Virus record (IMG/VR): IMGVR_UViG_3300035162_003548
Span: 1 to 56,705 of that record
DNA: 56,705 nucleotides
Strand: one strand, 5' to 3'
DNA from: a virus
Lineage: Duplodnaviria; Caudoviricetes
Part shown: piece by piece, positions 38,333 through 50,300 of the stretch
How positions within the stretch are numbered: position 1 is the stretch's first letter
Layout: each line of letters starts with the position of its first letter
Notes under the pieces: generated by a model
Database searches by the model: none
What the model saw: only the letters and a program-made list of their open reading frames with translations
Told to the model about the DNA's origin: nothing
Translations under genes and position numbers: made by a program

Positions 38333-38365
38333 TTGTTGAACTATTTTTTCTTTATTTAGTAGAAA

Positions 38366-41300
38366 TTAAGTAGAGTAACTTTTGACTTTTAAGGCCTTTT
38401 CTCTAATTATTACCGGACCAGTTTCAATTCCGGTAACACCATTGAGTGTATTGACACTATATGATTGAAGTTTATTTCTATCATTTAGTGTTAATTTGCC
38501 CCAACTGTACTCACCATAGAAATTGCTAAATCCTAGACCAGTCAATCCATTTAAACTATTAACGCTAACAACAACCTGAGTCACTGTAGTTGCCCCAAAT
38601 CCTATAGCATCTGTAGAAACTCCAATAGTAACATGTGCTGCTCTATAAATTCCATCAATAAATGTTGTTCCTATGCCTACAACAGCATTATTTTCATCTA
38701 GTGAAGTTGCCCCACTACCCACATTTGAATTTCTGATAACAAATAAATCACCAGTAGAAATTCCACTTGCAGTGATCGCTGATGGCTGAGTGATATCAGC
38801 ATCTCTAAGGAAAGAGTTCACAGGAATTACTAGATCTAGAACAAGACCTGTAGCAATACCTGACATAGATGTTGTTCCAATACCCGTTATGATTCCAAAA
38901 TCACCAGAATAAGAATCAATCGTGTTAGTTTCTGTTAAAAATGTTGGTGGTGAAATTAAAACAATAGGATGTGTTGTTTGTGCATAACCAGCACCTCCAG
39001 TATTAATAGAAATTGAAGATACAGATCCACCAGAAATAGTTGCAGTAGCAGATGCTCTGAAGGTTGATCCTAATCCTACTGGATTTTGTATTGTTACTTC
39101 TGGAGCACTAGTATAACCTTTTCCACCGTCAGAAATAATGATAGAAGTTACTGTCGTACCAGAACCAACAATAGAAGTGGCAGCTGCCGATACTTGTTCT
39201 GGATTGTCAACAATAATAATATCTTTTTGGAAATCAGTGCTAATGTCATTTTCATTTTTAGCATTGAAGAATGGCCTTACATTATCAACATTAATAATTG
39301 TAGATCCAATTCCGACAGATTTTATCATATTTGCCGTTGGGAAAATATTCGCTTTATAAAGATCGCGTGCTTTACTAATTACTTTTCCACCAACAAATCT
39401 ATCCTCAGTTTGTCTACACCATTTAACAGGTCTTAACATTCTTGAGTTATCATCAATTCCAGGACCAGAATATGGGTTTGTGTCCACAGAACTGGAAGAA
39501 GTTACCTCAGAAACTGTGCGAAGTTCTTCTTGTAAAAATTTAGTTTGATTTATATTAAGAGGAGTTTGTTTTAGTTTAGTATTATATCCTATTGTAAGAT
39601 CGTCTCCAACTTTTACAGTTTCGGTAATGTCTCTATCAACAACATCTGCACCACCTGTTCCTCTATAGAATATAAGTTTGAAAGAATCTCCCGCTTTTGG
39701 AGCTTCTTCAAAGGTTATATTGCTACCGCCATTAAAGAAATATGACAGGTCAGGAACTTGGAGTATATCATTTACAAATACTAATAATGTGTCTTGAACT
39801 GAAATAAGAGATCCTGGGGAAGATTGGATTGAAAATGAATTTCCACTGGCCGAAATTGGGAAAGTTTTTCTTGATCCATCGAATAATGAAGATACATCAT
39901 CAAGAACTTGAAGTTGACCTATAGACCATGCAGTAAAACTATCTCCATCAACTTCTTGAACTTCAATTCTAAACTCTCTATTTTCCGTATAACTTGATGT
40001 TGTTGGTATTCCAGTTGATCCTCCCACAGGAATGGTTAGTAATTGACTTACGCCATATCCATATCCACCATTGGTTACTTCAAAATCAATTACACTAGAT
40101 CCTTGCCCAACTACGACATCAACCTTACCTTGTGCTCCACCGCTTCCGGGTGATAAAGAACTATATGTTAATGGAATATTACTATAACTTAACGGTGAGT
40201 CAATAATTACCTTAAGTAGTTGATTTACTTTACCACATCTTGAATAATTGTGAGGTCTAGTAGAAATACCACTATTAACTTCAAATTTAGTCGAATTGAT
40301 AACCGTAAGAACAGGTGTTCCAGCAAAAGCAGGATCTTGACCGCTGGATGAATTATTATTTCCTCTAGGTGCAATTAATGCTGGTTGTGCAATACCACCA
40401 GAAACATAGAATGTGGGTACGGTAGAGATTCCTGCATTAACTGTAAATTGAGTTGCACTAGAAACACCAGTTACTTGAGTTCCACAATAAACCGGATCTG
40501 TTGTTCTAGGATATGTATGAATTCCAACTCCAAGGGCACATGTAAATCCAAGTCCAGTCAACAAAACATCACTACTCTTTCCAGTTACAGACAGGCCATG
40601 TGCCCCTGTAGTGGTAACTGTCATGATGCCTGTAACATTGTTATAAACTGCACTTTGAATGCCAACACCGGGTGCATAATCGCAAGTAAATGCAATTCCT
40701 GAAAGGACCACTTCATTACCAACAATTAATCCATGTGCAGTTGATGTTGTAATTGTAGTAATACCTGTGATAGAAGTATATCCTACATTTGAAATATCCC
40801 TAGGAACGTAAAATACTCTATTATCAGTTACAGCAACTCCGGTGATATGACCATTAGTAATTGCAGCAGTACCAATCGCAACAATATCAGCAGTAGTTAA
40901 ACTTTCTCTTTGAATTGAAACATTTACAGTCTGTATTCCAGATCTATATCCAGATCCACTATTTCCAATTGAAATAGATGCAATAGTTCCTGCAGCAGAA
41001 ACAATAGAAGTTCCTCCAGCAGAAACTAGAGGTTGGTAACCAAATCCTTCAGTTGAACCTACAGAAATTATAACACCACCAACAGGGATTTGTGCATTGT
41101 TGGGATCATATGCAACAGAACTTGCTGTTCCAGTAAATCTAATACTAGAAATTCCACCAACTTCTGTTAAAGAATAATTTGAAGTATTTCCTGGTTCTTG
41201 GAATATGCTGTTTATTAATAGTATTGCATTATTTGTAGCAACTCCTACTACATTAGATCCACTTACAGTTAAAGAGAAATCTTTATCCTGACCAGTAAAT

Positions 41301-44300
41301 TTCTGAGAAATATCATCATAAAGGTAGTTCTCAGAGTATGTTTCAGATGTAGATCCCTTCACTCCAGATCTAATAAAGACTCTTGCATTAAATGATGAGG
41401 AAGTCGTTATACCAATCCAATCTCTTTCTGAAGGAGGATTTGTTGTTGTTCCAATTGGATTTAAACCGTTGGGAGCTTCAGCAAAATTGATATAATTGTC
41501 AGTAATATTATAATTACCCCTAATCTTAGTTACTAATTCACCTGTAGAGTGGCCAACTACATTACTCCCCAACCATCCACGTTGGACTCTTAGTGCATTC
41601 GTACTCCCAATACCAACACCAAGAATTTTCATAATTTCTCCAGTGTCAGCAGCACCAACACGAACATAATCTGCACCAAAGAATGAAGTAAGTCCAACAA
41701 ATTTGACAATATCTGTGCTTGGAATCACAATGTCCGCCAAAGATGTAGTAACAGAAGTTCCTGCTACAGGTGATTGTATAACATTATCGATTGAAACAAG
41801 AATTTTTTGATTTTGATTCTTGGATGTAAAACTATGAGAAGTACCAACACCAACACTAGTAAAATTCAGATTAACTGCAATATTTTTAAGAGCATCTTCT
41901 GCAGATCTTGCTAATTTAATTTTATTATCACCTTCCTTAATTGCAAAGACTGATGATGGTAAGAATGTGGTAGACCCAACACCAACAAAAGTAGTTCTTG
42001 CAATACCGAGTGCATTAGTTGCAATTCCCGTAGACGGAGCATATACCAATTCTTCACCAGTTACGAAGAAGTGATTTGGAATAGTAATAGTGTCATTTGT
42101 GAGATTAACTATTTGAGTTGAAGATCCATCGACAACTCTTCTGAATACATCTAAAGTTTTATGTTGTAAATTAAATTGTCTCTTAATACTATTAAGTGTT
42201 CCAGTATATACTGATCCGGAATTTTCAATAGATGCATTTCCAAATTCAATCTCACTTTCTCCACCAACTTCTCTTCCACCACTAGGACTAGGGAATGGAT
42301 TGTCATTAATTTCAGGCCTCATGGCATTCATATAAGTTTTAACTTCAATATTGGCACCAGCATCTGGAGTAAATGTTACTTCAGTATAATTTGTACCATC
42401 ATTAGATCTTCTTGCGCTAATTGTCCCAAGTCCTACAAAAGCACCAGAACCTACCTGAGTATTTCCATATTCAACAATACTAACATTTTCTGGAGCTTCA
42501 TCATTATAATCGTCAATAACTACTACCTCGGAGATTTCATATCTACCATTAGTTGTATCAGAAACTTGAACAAAGCAGTATGCAGCATCATATGCATCAT
42601 TATAACTTGCAATACCAACAGCAACAGGCATAGTAGTTGATGCTATAGAAGTAGACTTTGCTTCTATTGAAGTATATGAAAGTTCATATGTACCAATTCC
42701 AGTATAACCCTCAGAACTTAATCCAACAGTTAAAGTATTAACGTATGCTGTAGTTAAACCTGCTATTGGTGTATATTTTACCAACACATCATTTCCACTA
42801 ATTGATGCTCCAAATTCTCCTATATTTGATCCAGTTGAAGCTGCATCAAGAGAATGTATCGATAATTGACCATATTCCATCAGTTGAACATTTGTTCCAT
42901 CATGAACTACGGTTAGTTCATCGTATTCAACACTTCCATCGCTACCTTCAACACTAACAAGAACTTTAGCAGATCTTGTTCCAGATACAGTAGTTCCAAT
43001 TCCAGCAAGAGTTACGATTGTTGTTTCTGCACCTCCAGCCATTTTAACTGCAGATGATGCAATACTAACCAAACCACCAGTAAATCCTGTTGATTCTCCA
43101 ATAGATGTACTTCCAACTGAAACTTCACTGGTGCTTACACCTAAAATATTTGTATCAATATTATATGAAAATATTCTTACATTATAATTATTAATCTCAA
43201 ACTTATTTGGATAAAACCTAAGAGAGGATTCTGTTCCTTCAATAACAAAATCAAATGATCCTAAATCAAGAACTGTATTACAAGCTCCATATTGGTTCAT
43301 CATGGAAAATCCACGGCCGCTGTCATGAACAGCGTCAATTATCATTATTTCTCTTTCACCAGTAAATAATCTATCTTGAATATATGCAATTATTTTTTGA
43401 GATCTTCCGTCAACTAATCTGTTTCTGTAAATTTCTTCAAAAGGAGTTGACCTAGCATTATTATTAAATTCGCTACTAACATCATCTATTGCCAATACTC
43501 TGTTTCCAATAGATTCTGCAAAATCTTGTAAGATACGAGTGCTGAAATTAATTTCATCAGAATAATTTCTAACACTACCATTTAAAAAGTTTTCGGAAAC
43601 TAAATCAAAGTTATTAACACAATTTAAACTACTTACACTTTGTAAAGTATAAATGAGGGAAACATCTTGATCTACAACTGGTCTTAATGTATTTGCATTA
43701 GATGGTAATAATAAAGATTCAACTTCAAGATTTCCAAATTTTCTAAATCCGGCAACATGATTTAATTTTGATACGGTATTTTCCCAAAGATCAAATGGGA
43801 TTTTTGATTTAATTGCATAAGAAAAACTTTGATAATATTCATTATCATGAATTCTCTGGGACTCATTGTTTAAAAATCCCTTATCATATTCCCAACCATC
43901 ATTAACTATAGAAAAATAATCTAAATCATACTTAGTTTCAAAAGAAATTTTTTCTTTAACAAGACCTTTTCTTCCTGTTTGATTTGATTTTACAATATCA
44001 CCAATATCAAATTCATCAGAACTTTCAACAACTAAGTATTTGTTGATAGCATCCCATTCAAATACATCTCCAATTTGGTCTCCATTGGAAACTTGCTCTC
44101 CTGCTTGGAAAATATTTGGTTTGAGTGTTGAGTCGAACTGTGGGAAATCTCTTTCTCTTACTAACACTGCAGATGAATTTATAGAATCAAATGTTCCAGG
44201 GGTTTGTCCATTAGAAACATATCCATCCACACTATAAGTAACAACACCAACCGAACTTAAGTTTTGAAAAACTTCAGTAACTTCAAATCTAGCATAATCA

Positions 44301-47300
44301 TAATTTTCGGAATTGAATCCAAGACCTGTAGATCCAACTCCAACACTTACATTTTCAACCAAAACTTTATCACCAACTTCAAGTGGGAAAGTATCATTGG
44401 TGCTAAAAGCATCTTTAAGAGTTACTGTTACTTCTTTAGACGATGAATCATAGGAAAAATTAGAAGCCCTTATTCCATTTGGATTTCCAACTGGAATAAT
44501 AGATGGTTGGGTATTTGAGAGGCTATTTGTATTTTCTAAAATATCTACACTGACTTTTCCTAAAGTATACTTCAATTTTACATCAGAGATGGTTTTTTTA
44601 GTTCTACCATCAATAACAACTAAACTAGGTGCAGTGTTATATCCCCTTCCTAAAGAAGTAACTCCAATAGATTCAAACCCGGTTAGAGGTTCAATTTTTA
44701 ATACTTGAGGGAGCTTAGCAGTTGGCCTTAGTGTAAAGTCTGCTGGATAATCAAATCCAATATTATCAATTGAAATTTTCTGAACTTTTCCAATACTCTT
44801 ACTTTCAGGTTCTAATATAGCTCCGTTGCCAACAGAAGATTGTATCGTTGAAATGCCTGGGATACTTTCATAAGAACGACCTTTATCAGTAATTCTGACT
44901 TGATTTATAGCTCCATAGGCGCTAAGTGAATTAGTCGTATAGGATAATTTTGAACTATCTGAAGTATATGAAGATGATTCTGGAAAAGAACTTAAATCAT
45001 ATCTAAAAGTATTATTAGAAGTAGAAATTATTCTATGATTACCATTATAATTACTATCTTCAATTAGTAATTCATTATTTGAATTTAAATTAGTATCAAC
45101 TACTATTCCTTTATTAATCGGTAAATTAGCAAGATCATTAATAGCAGTCAATTTATAATAAAGAACTCGTGGAGTATCTTTCTTAACCCTAAGAGTAACT
45201 TTTGCGTCTGTGGTTACTCCAATAATACCTTTTTTAGATACATCAAATGATCCATCATCATTGATAACACCTGCACCAAAGTATTCTTTAGTGAAATTTT
45301 TATCAATATAAAATTTCATATCAAATGCAGGGAAAGATGTTGCATTTTGAGTATATGATAATGTTGAGTCAGATAAATTAAAGTTGACAATAGAATCTTT
45401 ATATAATTTTATAGATGGATTGACTGGGAAGATCTCTCCATTAGATGCTGAAGTAATTCCAACAAAATTCGGTAAAGACTGTGCTGTTTGGAACTCATTA
45501 TCTGTTAATCTTATATTATTTCTATCAATAACATAAACAAAATATTCAACATTTGTCCCCAAACCTCTTGCTGGGTTGTCTGAAATATGAATTACTTTTT
45601 GACCAGTTACCAATCCATGATTGGTAAGATTTATAGAATTTTCAAATCCTGTTTGACTGGTTGAGGTTGTTATACCGCCAGAAGTAAAGGCTAAACCAGT
45701 TATTATAGATTTTCTATTTGCTTTATTGTAATAAAAATCTAAATTAGTTGTATTTGATGGATTTACATTTATTGAAACAAAATCTTCATTAGATAATCCA
45801 TGAGATGATGCCGTAGATACCGTTACAGTATTCTTTTCAACCTTTCCTTTTATTACAGGATGCGTCGTTTTAAAACTATGATAAACTCCAGTTCCTATTC
45901 CAAGAAAATATACCAAACCTTGATGAGAAGTAGTATCTGCGATTCCAGCGAGAGATCCTGTAGATCCAATACCAATTTTTACTGTAGAAAGTCCAATAAA
46001 ATCTACTCCCAATTTTGCGACAAATAATGAAGAGTGTTGATTCAATAAAGTCGTGTCCGGATCAGTCGCTCCATTACCAACTATAGAGTTTGTGGCGATT
46101 CCGATAGAGTCTCCACTATTTGGTTGATATGTTACTATATCTCCTGTGCTAAGTTGATGATTAGGTAAGTAAATTGATCTAGTTTCAACAAAAATTTGAG
46201 TTTTTCCTGATCCTGGATTAGAAATTGATAAAGTTGTTCCTATACCAACTCCAACAGATCCACTCTGAGCTAAACCAACAGATTCTGAAGGATTGAAATA
46301 TATTTCTCTATTAATTTTATTTGAATAATTGGTATTGATTCCAACATCAAAGAATATTTTTCTTGGCAATTCTTCTAAAGTAGTAGTTGTAGTATGAGAT
46401 GTTCCAACAGTAGAATTTTCTTGCCTTAATACTCTGATTCTAGAAGAAAATAAATCAACATTTAGAACCTTAACATTTTCATTTCCCAATTTAAAGATAT
46501 CGTTTTCAGTTACTCCTAAATCTCCTACAACAGAAAAATAGGTTACAATTCCAGTAGCACCAATATTATCAACATCTTTTCTTAATGCTAAAAATGTTGT
46601 ATTGATTCCAATAGAAACTGAAGTTTCTAATTCTGATGTTGTTGTAGTTAATCCTGTTATTTGAACAATGTCTCCATTAATAAAATTATGCGAAGATGTA
46701 CTTACTCCAACAAATCTTCCAGAACCTGCCAAATAAAACTCTACATTATCTAAATTAGTTGTTACGGCGCTTATTGTAGAAATTCCAGAACCAAAAACTC
46801 TAGTAACCGATGCAGAAGGTACAAACGAATTGTTTGGTTGTTTTTCAAAAATAATTTTATCGTCAACCTTATAACTTTGGCCACCTGTCAATATTCCTAT
46901 TGAGTCAACTTGCCCTTTTTTAACATTTACTATTGTTGCTTCTTGATCAACTTTTGTGTATGATTGATTCGCATAATCATATCCACTATATTTTTTTCCT
47001 AAAGAATATGGATAAACATTACGAACCCAACTAGTTTTATTTAAATCTAAATCTGTTTGATTTGAAATCGATTTAAAATTAAATTCGTTTGGTTTTGAAT
47101 AAAACTTATTACCTATCAAGTATGGAAACTTCGGTTTCTTAAATGATTTAAAAACTCCATCGCTTGACGAAATTTCATCAAGAGATGCGAAATATGCATA
47201 GGTTCCATTGGGGTATTCTGGAGTGACACAGAATCTTCCATTATTTTCGTCAAGGAAAGACTCATCTGTATTATCTAACCACAAAAAATCCTCAACAAAA

Positions 47301-50300
47301 AATTCTTGAGGAAACTCACTAACTGGAGGTCTATTTGATTTTAAATTTAAAGTATATCCAGATTTTAATTGAGTTATAGTTCCACCGGATTTTGTAGAGT
47401 ATCCATATGGACCATAAATTGGATGGCCATCATAAGACCAACCTATTATTGGAGAATGTGCATTTGAATTTGATTCTGCCCCATTAATTAATTCTAAATC
47501 CTTACTTCCATATAAAATAGTTCCATCTGAAGATGTAGAATATAAAGTTTTTCTTAAATTTCTAGGTGCATATGCATAAGAGCATTGCAATTCACTAGAC
47601 TTTTTAATCGAGTTGGAAATTATAACATCATCTGACGTTATATTCACCAGATTTTTTCTAAATTCATTAACTGTCCAAGTTTGAATATTTGGTTTTAAAA
47701 GGGCAGATTTTCCAGATTTTATTACTTCTATTGATGTTGTTGATGATCCATATCCAGCTCCTGAATTAACTATTGTTGCTGCAATAATATTACCTGATGT
47801 ATTTAATTTAGTTACAATTTGCGCCCCTGTTCCAATCCCGAGAATATTTACTTTTGGTGGAGAGTTATAATCAGTTCCGGCAGCACTAACAATAACATCA
47901 GATATTCTTCCATTGATTATGACTGGTGATATTTCTGCACCTCTTCCACTGTTTAAATCAATTTGTGGAGGTCTTTCATAATTGAGAATATTAGTAGCAC
48001 CATACCCAACACCATTATTTACTAAGAAGATTGATTCAATTACTCCCCTAAAAATTGGTTGAACAACAGCATCAAAAGTTTTACCTTCAATAGAGTTTAT
48101 TCCAACTATTCCAGATACTGTTACTGAGATATCCTTATAGTTAAATTCATGAGTTCCAGATCCAATAGAATCTAAATTTTGATATTGTTTTGTTTTATAA
48201 TAAAAATCTGTTTGAGTTGTCCCGACTCCAACAGAGGACAGTTTAAATTGATCATCATTTAATACTGTTACATAATATTCTGAAGAGTCTGTTAGACTAC
48301 CTATTGAGGTTCCATCCGTAGTGTATTTTAAAATTTCTCCACTACCATATCCATGATTTTTAATATTGATCAGATTTAATGATGTGCTTACTCCAGCTGC
48401 TGCACAGGAAGTTTTTTTATTTTTATAACCAATACCACTATTTGTTACTACGATTGATTTTAAAATAGATTTTCCATCAAAAGAATTTATAGATTGAATA
48501 CCTTCACCAAAGTCAGTGAAAGTAATAGTCCCTACACCAACGGAGGCATCTGATAAATTTTTATGAAGAGTTATTGTGTAATTATCTTTGACATTAACAT
48601 AGTAAGTAGCATCACTTGAGAGACCTACTAAGGCTTTCCTACCAAAAGTTTTATATACTACTCTTTCACCATTTCTAAATTTATGAGATGTTGTAAATCC
48701 AATTGTTGAAGTATCAATTCCAACACCTGCAGAACCAATTCCTGTAGCATCAAATGAAACTTTGTGAGGAATAGTTACTAATTTAGCTTCTGCTGTTGCT
48801 TGACTTCCAGACCCGCCATCAATTTTAACTATTGGAGTCTCAAGATAATCAAATCCAGAATCAAGAATACGAATTTCTTTAAGATTTCCCTCAACAGAAC
48901 AAAATCCTGTTGCAGCAGATCCAACAGAATCAGATATTCCTAAAATTGGAGGATTTATTACATCATAATCCTCACCATTGTTTATAACATCAATTGATGA
49001 TATTTCTCCATGATAACAAAGGTCTCTTGATTTATAATTTAAAATTTCAACTCCATTGATCATAATACCAGTATATCCGGCCTTGGTATCATACGAATGG
49101 CCATCATTAAGTGGACTCTTTATTTCTCTGAGTAATTTTTGAGGCCTAATTTTCTTATCATGAACACTCAATTTTTGAATACTATTACTAGTTATAGTAA
49201 CCGTATCAGAAGATCCCTCTACTTTAACAAAAATTTCGTTGAAAATATTAGACTTACTTCTTGCTAGTTTTATTCTATTTTCATCTATCCTTTTAACAAA
49301 GTAAACCCTTTCTTCAAATAAGAAACTTTCAATATAAGATTGCGTAATTTCAGTTGTAGATCCATCTGCATTTGAAATTTGTGTGTTAAATGATACTTTT
49401 TCAGGAGTATAATATACAGAATCTCCAGTATAAAGATTATGGTCCATACCAGAAATTATTTTTAACTCATCGCTACCAACTTCAAAAGTTCCACTAATGT
49501 CAAATTTCTGAAGTTTTGGGTCTAACTTTGTATCTGGTACTGACGGTAGGGATGAAGAAGCTACAAGAACTTTTGATGATTTTGGATCATCTTTTATCGT
49601 TTTATGTGGATATTGTGTATGTTTTGATCCAACCATACGAACACCCGTTTCTGGATGCTCATGATATAGTCCATAATATGGTTTTCCATCAACCAGACCA
49701 ATGTCTGGTTTTAGATAAACATTTTGTACGTTTGCAGTAAATGAATTTAAATCTGGATGTAAACTAGAATCAATTTTTGTTATATTTCTAGTTACTTTTG
49801 AGATAAGATCTGCATCTGAAATTCCAGTTCCTCTAAAAATACACGCAGTATCACTAAAAATATCAGTTACTAAAAATGAATTTGGTAAAGTTAAATTATT
49901 TTTATCGGTTAAAGTTAAAAAATCGCCTATTTTTAAAATATTAGAATCTTTTGTTTCTAATCTATACGTACTATTAACTGCGTCAACTAATTTTAGTTTA
50001 GAAACTTCATAATACTGTGCCGTATTGAAAATCCAATTATTCTCAATTATAGAAGTTCCAGTTTTTCCTAAAGATTTTATCTTTGTTTTTGATCCTTTTC
50101 TTTGATAATATGTTTCATTGGGAATATCGATATCACTAAGAACTGATCTAATTTTTAATCTAACATCATTATTTGACGAATCTCCTACATACGCGTAAGT
50201 ATTAAGGTCAATTGCGGTTTTGTCATTGACTGAAGTCGTTATTCCACCAGAAAACTCCGGGTCAACAATAGGTATATCTAAAAATTGATTAATAGTTTTG

